5,083 nucleotides of DNA from a virus (lineage: Duplodnaviria > Heunggongvirae > Uroviricota > Caudoviricetes): the IMG/VR virus record IMGVR_UViG_3300010266_000075, positions 1-5,083 of that record; one strand, given 5' to 3'. Each line of letters begins with the position of its first letter. The stretch's first letter is position 1. This document shows, in pieces, positions 1 through 5,083 of this stretch. The position numbers were made by a program, and so were the translations under genes. The notes under the pieces were generated by a model. The model was not told the origin of the DNA, made no database searches, and was given only the letters and a program-made list of their open reading frames with translations.

Positions 1-1
1 A

Positions 2-334
2 GAATCAACGGAAACGGCGGCAAGACAACATATCGGGCCACTGGCCCCGGTGGCAGGCTCTGATTTGTATGTGTTCAGGCCGGTGGCACATACGGTGGAT
101 TTTCATATCCGCGTGACGCCGGACACACCGGAAATACGGGCTGCCATCACCGCGGAGTTGCGTTCGTTCCTGCTGCGTGATGGTTATCCGCAGGGAGAAC
201 TGAAGGTGTCGCGTATCAGTGAAGCGATTTCCGGTGCGAACGGGGAATACAGCCATCAGTTGCTTGCACCGGCGGACAATATCTCCATTGCAAAAAATGA
301 ACTGGCGGTTCTGGGGACGATTTCATGGACGTGA
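2..334 (+). CDS. Baseplate J-like protein, C-terminal fragment (5' end lies outside the window); Mu gp47 / P2 gpJ / e14 YmfP-like
   Basis: The frame is open from position 2 with no stop until TGA at 332-334 (the ORF track starts it at an internal GTG at 50). Its stop overlaps the next gene's ATG (ATGGACGTGA), typical of phage late-operon coupling. Position immediately upstream of a gp48/YmfQ-like gene and the tail fibre matches the baseplate J to gp48 to fibre order. Family assignment is by synteny and memory, not by search. Confidence 0.55.
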   Translation, partial: ESTETAARQHIGPLAPVAGSDLYVFRPVAHTVDFHIRVTPDTPEIRAAITAELRSFLLRDGYPQGELKVSRISEAISGANGEYSHQLLAPADNISIAKNELAVLGTISWT

Positions 335-909
335 CAAACGATGATTACATCCGCCTGTTATCGGCACTGTTGCCGCCCGGTCCGGCGTGGTCAGCCAGCG
401 ATCCGGCGATTGCCGGTGCGGCACCGTCATTAACCCGTGTTCATCAGCGTGCGGATGCCCTGATGCGGGAGCTGGATCCGCGCACCACCACCGAACTGAT
501 AAACCGCTGGGAGCGTCTGTGCGGTCTGCCGGATGAATGTATTCCGGCGGGAACGCAGACCCTTCGCCAGCGTCAGCAACGGCTGGATGCGAAGGTTAAC
601 CTGGCGGGCGGCATCAACGAGGATTTTTATCTTGCACAGCTTGCTGCCCTGGGCAGACCAGATGCCACCATCACGCGATACGACAAAAGCACGTTCACCT
701 GCTCATCGGCCTGTACTGACGCGGTGAATGCGCCGGAATGGCGGTATTACTGGCAGGTCAACATGCCAGCCGCCACCAACACCACCTGGATGACATGTGG
801 CGATCCCTGTGATTCCGCACTGCGTATCTGGGGCGACACCGTTGTCGAGTGCGTGCTTAACAAACTCTGCCCTTCGCATACCTACGTAATTTTTAAATAT
901 CCGGAGTAA
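325..909 (+). CDS. ymfQ: Phage tail/baseplate protein, Mu gp48 / P2 gpI-like (DUF2313), YmfQ-like
   Basis: 194-aa ORF starting [22 protein letters not shown], with a GGGGA Shine-Dalgarno about 8 nt upstream and a 4-bp overlap with the upstream stop. Length (194 aa) and position between the J-like gene and the side tail fibre match YmfQ of the e14 prophage. The symbol rests on synteny and recollection, not alignment. Confidence 0.7.
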   Translation: MDVTNDDYIRLLSALLPPGPAWSASDPAIAGAAPSLTRVHQRADALMRELDPRTTTELINRWERLCGLPDECIPAGTQTLRQRQQRLDAKVNLAGGINEDFYLAQLAALGRPDATITRYDKSTFTCSSACTDAVNAPEWRYYWQVNMPAATNTTWMTCGDPCDSALRIWGDTVVECVLNKLCPSHTYVIFKYPE

Positions 910-912
910 TCC

Positions 913-1701
913 ATGCATCGTATAGACACGAAAACCGCGCAGAAGGATAAGTTCGGCGCGGGTAAGAACGGTTTTACCCGTGGTAACCCCCAGACCGGCA
1001 CACCTGCCACCGATCTGGATGATGACTACTTTGACATGTTGCAGGAAGAACTTTGTAGCGTGGTGGAGGCCTCCGGTGCCAGCCTGGAGAAAGGGCGGCA
1101 TGACCAGATGCTTACCGCACTTCGTGCGCTGCTGTTAAGCCGCAAGAATCCGTTTGGCGATATCAAATCGGATGGCACTGTGCAAACGGCTCTCGAAAAC
1201 CTTGGTTTGGGAGAAGGCTCTGCATTACCTGTTGGTGTCCCTGTTCCGTGGCCTTCAGCCACTCCGCCAACAGGCTGGCTGAAATGCAATGGTGCGGCTT
1301 TTTCTGCCGAAGAGTACCCAAAACTGGCAAAGGCTTACCCAAAGTTAAAATTACCGGATTTGCGCGGTGAGTTTATTCGCGGGTGGGATGATGGGCGAGG
1401 TGTTGATTCCGCGAGACTGCTACTTTCAAGTCAGGCGGCATCTATCCTTGAACATAACCATGAAATGCATGGATGGACAGGGAACCCACTCATGGCTAGA
1501 GATGTTGGTGAATTAGGTACATCATCCGTATTTGCGGTGCAGTTGAGCATTGGCGATGGCGGGTTATTGTATTCGTGGAAGGATGGGAGTGGAACAACAA
1601 ATGACAGTAAACGAATGGATAGAACAAATCATGTCAGTTCCGGCGCCGGTGATGGTAGCCCGCGAAACATTGCATTTAACTACATTGTGAGGGCTGCATA
1701 A
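913..1701 (+). CDS. stfE: Side tail-fibre protein: constant N-terminal part (about aa 1-100) fused in this orientation to a variable C-terminal part carrying a tail-collar domain
   Basis: ATG at 913 with GGAG 5 nt upstream. A tail-collar motif is visible: [25 protein letters not shown]...[19 protein letters not shown] (GWLxCNG...LPDLRGxFxRG pattern). A hix-like crossover site sits inside the gene at 1190-1215, splitting it into constant and variable parts. The symbol is tentative and refers to the e14 variable part currently fused in frame. Confidence 0.8.
   Translation: MHRIDTKTAQKDKFGAGKNGFTRGNPQTGTPATDLDDDYFDMLQEELCSVVEASGASLEKGRHDQMLTALRALLLSRKNPFGDIKSDGTVQTALENLGLGEGSALPVGVPVPWPSATPPTGWLKCNGAAFSAEEYPKLAKAYPKLKLPDLRGEFIRGWDDGRGVDSARLLLSSQAASILEHNHEMHGWTGNPLMARDVGELGTSSVFAVQLSIGDGGLLYSWKDGSGTTNDSKRMDRTNHVSSGAGDGSPRNIAFNYIVRAA
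1190..1215. repeat. Left crossover site of the invertible segment (pix/gix/hix-like 26-bp site inside the tail-fibre gene)
   Basis: CTCTCGAAAACC-TT-GGTTTGGGAGAA has the hix/gix architecture (12-bp imperfect half-sites around a 2-bp core; compare hixL TTCTTGAAAACC-AA-GGTTTTTGATAA, recalled from memory). It is an inverted copy of the site at 3100-3125, with 15 bp of exact identity (TTGGTTTGGGAGAAG at 1202-1216 equals the reverse complement of 3099-3113). Confidence 0.65.
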
Positions 1702-2304
1702 ATGGAACAGGCTATTTTGGGAAAAGACGGTTACGCTTTAAATGATGGGGAAATCATCGTACATAACTATGATGGCGAAACGCGGGAATATATTTCTACA
1801 TCAACTGAATATCTCGCTGTCGGCGTCGGTATCCCGGCATGTTCCTGTCTGGATGCACCAGGTACACATAAAGCTGGTTATGCAATCTGTCGCTCTGTAG
1901 ATTTAAATTCATGGGAATATGTGCCAGACCATCGCGGTGAAACGGTCTATAGCACCAAAACAGGAGAATCAAAAGAAATCACCGCTCCGGGTGATTATCC
2001 TGAAAATACAACCACTATCGCCCCATTAACGCCATACGATAAATGGGATGGTGAGAAATGGGTGACCGATACTGAGGCACAGCATAGCGCCGCAGTAGAC
2101 GCGGCAGAAGCACAGCGCCAGTCACTGATTGATGCTGCAATGGCTTCCATTAGTCTGATTCAACTGAAATTGCAGGCCGGACGTAAACTGACGCAGGCAG
2201 AAACAACCAGACTTAACGCTGTGCTGGATTACATTGACGCGGTGACGGCAACAGATACCAGCACCGCGCCGGATGTCATCTGGCCTGAACTGCCGGAGGC
2301 GTAG
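1702..2304 (+). CDS. tfaE: Tail-fibre assembly protein (chaperone) cognate to the expressed fibre C-terminus
   Basis: ATG at 1702 immediately follows the fibre stop (TAA-ATG). The 200-aa product ends with the conserved Tfa C-terminal signature ...LNAVLDYIDAVTATDTSTAPDVIWPELP. Length matches TfaE of e14. The symbol is tentative. Confidence 0.78.
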   Translation: MEQAILGKDGYALNDGEIIVHNYDGETREYISTSTEYLAVGVGIPACSCLDAPGTHKAGYAICRSVDLNSWEYVPDHRGETVYSTKTGESKEITAPGDYPENTTTIAPLTPYDKWDGEKWVTDTEAQHSAAVDAAEAQRQSLIDAAMASISLIQLKLQAGRKLTQAETTRLNAVLDYIDAVTATDTSTAPDVIWPELPEA

Positions 2305-2719
2305 GCCATTCAATATCTGGCGCACTGGAGGTATCAACCAGCTCCAGTGCGTCCAGATAATCCAGCCACAAATTATATTGCGCCAGTTCCTCACCTTTCA
2401 GACGACCAATAGCGGCTTTACCGGGCCATTGCTTACTGTTCATGTATTCGTTGGCCTGGTTAATTAGTAGCTGTCTTTCTGATTCAGTAATTTCAATAAG
2501 CTCTTCATGCGTGGGTGGAGGAATATCTGCCCACGCAGGCAGCCCATCATCTCCGGCAATACGGATTTTTCCTTGTGGCGGTTCAGCCATAAACTCACTG
2601 ATAATATTTTGATTTACTTCCTTAGCGTCTGATAAATCCCATCCCTCTGATTTATATTTATCAATCATATCCACAGGGAAAAAAGCATTATGCCTTGCGC
2701 TATAAACATATTCGTTCAT
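2276..2719 (-). CDS. tfaP: Alternative tail-fibre assembly protein, in the silent orientation of the invertible segment
   Basis: Minus-strand ORF ending ...LWLDYLDALELVDTSSAPDIEWPTPP, the same Tfa C-terminal signature as the plus-strand gene. I place the start at ATG 2719 (AGGGTGA RBS 6 nt upstream); the ORF track starts at GTG 2728. Its 3' end overlaps the plus-strand tfa by 29 bp. The symbol is tentative. Confidence 0.68.
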   Translation of the reverse strand: MNEYVYSARHNAFFPVDMIDKYKSEGWDLSDAKEVNQNIISEFMAEPPQGKIRIAGDDGLPAWADIPPPTHEELIEITESERQLLINQANEYMNSKQWPGKAAIGRLKGEELAQYNLWLDYLDALELVDTSSAPDIEWPTPPAVQAR

Positions 2720-2739
2720 ATAAATCACCCTGAATAAAA

Positions 2740-3112
2740 TTACTCACCAACAGCCCACCAACTGTAATTCATCGATACCGTGTCGCTGGTTGATGACGTT
2801 CTGTAAGCAGAATTAAAGCCGGTTAACGTTGGGCCTTCTGCAGTCATCACGAACCCTCGCCCAGCGCCTAAAGGCGCACCGCCATCACCAGAATGAGTAA
2901 GCATGGCGCAGTCCGCTTTTTTGGGGAAAGGGATGCTGAATGTAATTCTCATTGTTTGCGTCGATAATGTCGGCGTAACCGCACCACGACCATATTGCAG
3001 GATTTTCCCGTTGGGTAATTTCATCCATCCATCACCACTGGCAAAAGAGGCCATGTCCGGTATCTGATTTTCCCCTGTCCCCACATCCCGTTTTGCCGCT
3101 TCTCCCAAACCA
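2740..3112 (-). CDS. stfP: Alternative variable C-terminal tail-fibre segment, start-less in this orientation; would fuse to the constant part at 913 after inversion
   Basis: Minus-strand frame open from the right crossover site to a stop at 2740-2742. Next to the crossover it encodes N-V-G-L-G-E, mirroring N-L-G-L-G-E in the plus-strand fibre, and then diverges. The track's apparent start at 3153 lies outside the invertible segment and is an artefact. The symbol is tentative. Confidence 0.6.
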
Positions 3113-3125
3113 ACGTTTATGAAAA
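3100..3125. repeat. Right crossover site of the invertible segment (pix/gix/hix-like), immediately upstream of the invertase gene
   Basis: TTCTCCCAAACC-AA-CGTTTATGAAAA is the inverted partner of the site at 1190-1215. It lies 55 bp upstream of the invertase start, the usual placement of gixR/hixR-type sites. Confidence 0.65.
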
Positions 3126-3179
3126 TGCAGAAATAACGAGCAAATGGCATCATTCCTGCTTTTGTCAGGGGGATCTACC

Positions 3180-3734
3180 ATGCTTATTGGCTATGTACGC
3201 GTATCAACAAATGACCAGAACACAGATCTACAACGTAATGCGCTGAACTGTGCAGGATGCGAGCTGATTTTTGAAGACAAGATAAGCGGCACAAAGTCCG
3301 AAAGGCCGGGACTGAAAAAACTGCTCAGGACATTATCGGCAGGTGACACTCTGGTTGTCTGGAAGCTGGATCGGCTGGGGCGTAGTATGCGGCATCTTGT
3401 CGTGCTGGTGGAGGAGTTGCGCGAACGAGGCATCAACTTTCGTAGTCTGACGGATTCAATTGATACCAGCACACCAATGGGACGCTTTTTCTTTCATGTG
3501 ATGGGTGCCCTGGCTGAAATGGAGCGTGAACTGATTGTTGAACGAACAAAAGCTGGACTGGAAGCTGCTCGCGCACAGGGACGAATTGGTGGACGTCGCC
3601 CCAAACTTACACCAGAACAATGGGAGCAGGCCGGACGATTAATTGCAGCAGGAATTCCTCGCCAGAAGGTAGCGATCATCTATGATATTGGTGTATCGAC
3701 TTTGTATAAGAGGTTTCCAGCCAGGATTATATAA
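3180..3734 (+). CDS. pinE: Site-specific DNA invertase, small serine recombinase of the Pin/Gin/Hin/Cin family
   Basis: Starts MLIGYVRVSTNDQ with the catalytic Ser at position 9 in the YVRVSTxxQ motif. Also contains DTLVVWKLDRLGRS, the GRFFFHVMGALAEMERELIVERT core and a C-terminal helix-turn-helix (IPRQKVAIIYDIGVSTLYKRF). GGGGGA RBS about 7 nt upstream of ATG 3180; the upstream ATG at 3144 has no RBS and would add a non-conserved leader. Length 184 aa. Confidence 0.92.
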   Translation: MLIGYVRVSTNDQNTDLQRNALNCAGCELIFEDKISGTKSERPGLKKLLRTLSAGDTLVVWKLDRLGRSMRHLVVLVEELRERGINFRSLTDSIDTSTPMGRFFFHVMGALAEMERELIVERTKAGLEAARAQGRIGGRRPKLTPEQWEQAGRLIAAGIPRQKVAIIYDIGVSTLYKRFPARII

Positions 3735-3735
3735 A

Positions 3736-3770
3736 ACCGCAGACACGCCGTATGCAAGACGTGCTGCGGT
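3736..3770 (+). terminator. Candidate hairpin just after the invertase stop; weak, with no clear U-tract
   Basis: ACCGCAGACACG, a 12-nt loop, then CGTGCTGCGGT form an imperfect stem of about 11 bp starting 2 nt after the TAA at 3732-3734. It is not followed by a T-run, so intrinsic termination is uncertain. Confidence 0.25.
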
Positions 3771-3930
3771 TGGCTGATGCACTTTCGAGAGTGTATGTAT
3801 TGAATTATTTCCAGCCGTTACTGATTTTACGTATTTTTTGTATGAGAGGAGTTGCACCACCTCTTAAGCATAATTTGTTAGAATCATGGCAGCACAATAG
3901 CCATATATCCAATATAAAATACTTAACCTT

Positions 3931-4830
3931 CTAATCATTATGGAGTATTTGATCGCCGTATGGCCAGCCATTTTCCCCAGGAAGGGTCATACCTAACATT
4001 GGCATAATACTAAGTTGTCCAATGGTAAATCCTAGAGCACTTGTATTACTGATTCCGGCATAGGTCATATCAAGGGGGTTAGACTCTGAGCTGGACATAA
4101 AAAGATTTCTTGTGCCAATTCTATTCGCCATTGAGAACTGAATATGCCCACCAATTGTATTTACGGTGTCCTGAGATATCCAGTTGTTTAACGCGATAAA
4201 TGGCGCCCGCCACCAGTTAAGCGTGCCATTCTCAAAACGCCCCCTCGTCATCTCAATATCTTCCCGAAACTGCTGCTTTCTGTCTCCCAAGACTACCGGG
4301 GTACCTGTTGTCAGGTCAAGGCAGTCCTCAATTACAAGATTAGTGGGGTTTGATGGGGTGTTGTAGATCTTAATGATTTTATGTACCTGTGTTCTGAAAC
4401 AGAATCCGTAAATAATCATCTCCGTTGCTACAGAACGGGGAAAAAACTGGCCAATATCCAGTATAAATTTTTCCGCGATTCCCTTTGTTAAAACTGCAAT
4501 TTCATAAAGACTCGGGTAACTATCATAAGTCAACTCCGGCTGCTGAACATCATAATAATTAACTTCATGTAATGAAGATAATGATACGGCAAGTAACTCC
4601 TTCACATTTATACCGATCATTGTTCCTCCTGCAAAGCCGAAACCAAACTCCATAATTTTTTCCGGAGATAGACGGTATATGTCATTGGAGCGAATAACTG
4701 ATACCGGAATCGAGAATAGTTTAGGACAGTGATTTGTCATTACACTTTCATGCTGGGTGATTCTTGAGTCGCTTACGGCCCAGATACTTTCCCCTTCTTC
4801 CCTGTTTAGCCAGCAGGCTATTGCTGTCAT
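3931..4830 (-). CDS. Hypothetical 299-aa protein, AT-rich cargo gene convergent with the invertase; possible N-terminal-nucleophile (HslV/proteasome-beta-like) hydrolase; candidate defence or exclusion gene
   Basis: Long minus-strand ORF. I place the start at ATG 4830 (MTAIACWLN...) because a strong Shine-Dalgarno (AAAGGGGG, plus-strand 4838-4845) lies about 7 nt upstream; the track's upstream extension to 4968 has no RBS. Composition is visibly AT-rich compared with the tail genes. The N-terminus has Thr2, Asp21, Lys37 and an FAGGT motif at 66-70, reminiscent of HslV (MTTIV...GFAGGTADAF, recalled from memory). It is not McrA-like and no HNH or Walker motif was seen. Confidence 0.65.
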   Translation of the reverse strand: MTAIACWLNREEGESIWAVSDSRITQHESVMTNHCPKLFSIPVSVIRSNDIYRLSPEKIMEFGFGFAGGTMIGINVKELLAVSLSSLHEVNYYDVQQPELTYDSYPSLYEIAVLTKGIAEKFILDIGQFFPRSVATEMIIYGFCFRTQVHKIIKIYNTPSNPTNLVIEDCLDLTTGTPVVLGDRKQQFREDIEMTRGRFENGTLNWWRAPFIALNNWISQDTVNTIGGHIQFSMANRIGTRNLFMSSSESNPLDMTYAGISNTSALGFTIGQLSIMPMLGMTLPGENGWPYGDQILHND

Positions 4831-4859
4831 TGAAAACCCCCTTTTAAGTAAAAAAATCA

Positions 4860-4895
4860 GATTCAGATAGTGCATACATAATTTAGTCAAGTCAT
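4860..4895 (-). promoter_or_regulatory. Candidate sigma70-type promoter for the cargo gene (weak)
   Basis: On the minus strand, TTGACT (complement of 4885-4890) is followed about 15 nt downstream by TATCTG (complement of 4864-4869), in AT-rich context 30-60 nt upstream of the RBS. The -10 element and the spacing are suboptimal, so this is speculative. Confidence 0.2.
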
Positions 4896-5083
4896 CTCTT
4901 TTAAGACGCATTGAGAAATGGTTGCTCAAGGTGCGCCAGTGAACGCGCACGAAAATAACTTCTTGCATTTCCCATTACACTCTGACTTTAGGGCCGCGTT
5001 AGATTTTAACATGGTGGCCGTGCATCCATTTAAATTGGTAATCTGGAGAATGAGTAACGCTGAATAGATTAACAATCTATGCG

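Larger units (their letters stand above)
1203..3112. other. Invertible tail-fibre (host-range) segment of about 1.9 kb, P/G-segment-like
   Basis: Bounded by the inverted crossover sites and adjacent to a serine invertase. It contains two variable fibre C-termini and two assembly genes arranged head-to-head around a convergent overlap, the classic Mu G / P1 C / e14 P organisation. Confidence 0.65.

Noticed and set aside
5-256. 83-aa minus-strand ORF
   Set aside because: Entirely antisense to the baseplate J-like coding region, with no RBS or supporting features; likely a GC-rich frame artefact.
533-1289. Three short overlapping ORFs: 533..727 (+), 703..1101 (-) and 1026..1289 (-)
   Set aside because: Embedded in or antisense to the YmfQ-like and tail-fibre genes in GC-rich DNA; Arg/Pro-rich low-complexity translations typical of spurious frames.
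2122-2467. ORFs 2122..2394 (-) and 2273..2467 (+)
   Set aside because: Antisense to the two tail-fibre assembly genes, which carry clear family signatures; no independent support.
3113-3153. N-terminal 13 residues of the minus-strand 137-aa ORF (MMPFARYFCIFIN)
   Set aside because: They lie outside the invertible segment on the invertase side of the crossover site. In this orientation the fibre C-terminal segment has no genuine start; it is expressed only after inversion as a fusion to the constant part.
3144-3179. Upstream ATG that would extend the invertase by 12 residues (MASFLLLSGGST)
   Set aside because: Family members start at MLIGYVRVS with the catalytic Ser at about position 9, and the GGGGGA RBS sits directly before ATG 3180.
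3191-3679. Minus-strand ORFs 3191..3472 and 3494..3679 inside the invertase gene
   Set aside because: Antisense to a highly conserved recombinase coding sequence; Ser/Arg-rich artefactual translation.
3840-3870. Short inverted repeat AGAGG...CCTCT considered as a terminator for the cargo gene
   Set aside because: Stem of only 5 bp, and the T-run is on the wrong side for minus-strand termination.
3639-3934. Small ORFs 3639..3860 (-) and 3752..3934 (+) in the invertase/cargo intergenic region
   Set aside because: No RBS, AT-rich low-complexity translations, overlap with the invertase 3' end or the hairpin; more likely non-coding spacer. A small regulatory peptide cannot be excluded but there is no evidence for one.
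4184-4366. 60-aa plus-strand ORF
   Set aside because: Antisense within the cargo gene; no support.
3931-4968. Full 345-aa version of the cargo ORF starting at the most upstream ATG (4968)
   Set aside because: The internal ATG at 4830 is preceded by a strong Shine-Dalgarno (AAAGGGGG) at ideal spacing and gives a Met-Thr N-terminus consistent with the motif pattern. The upstream 46 codons lack an RBS and overlap the likely promoter region.
1-5083. CRISPR arrays, tRNA or rRNA genes, IS elements with terminal inverted repeats
   Set aside because: No regularly spaced direct repeats, no cloverleaf-like or rRNA-like segments and no transposase-like ORF were seen; the only mobile-type enzyme is the serine invertase.

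Overview
This window looks like the tail-fiber end of an e14-like (Mu/P2-type baseplate) prophage of an enterobacterium, followed by an AT-rich cargo gene. Reading left to right: the C-terminal end of a baseplate J-like gene (2..334), a Mu gp48/YmfQ-like tail gene (325..909), and a tail-fibre gene (913..1701) with a cognate tail-fibre assembly gene (1702..2304). An alternative assembly gene plus a start-less alternative fibre C-terminus lie on the opposite strand (2276..2719 and 2740..3112). This block is bracketed by two inverted hix/gix/pix-like 26-bp crossover sites (1190..1215 and 3100..3125), making a roughly 1.9-kb invertible host-range switch, and is followed by a Pin/Gin/Hin-family serine DNA invertase (3180..3734). 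Downstream, convergent with the invertase, is a 299-aa ORF on the minus strand (3931..4830) with a strong RBS that I cannot assign to any phage structural or known restriction family. It occupies the slot that holds mcrA in E. coli K-12 e14, and its N-terminus has the residue spacing of an N-terminal-nucleophile (HslV/proteasome-beta-like) hydrolase. This is my main candidate for an undescribed system, plausibly anti-phage or exclusion cargo. All assignments come from reading the translations and DNA by eye and from memory of protein families; no database search was run.
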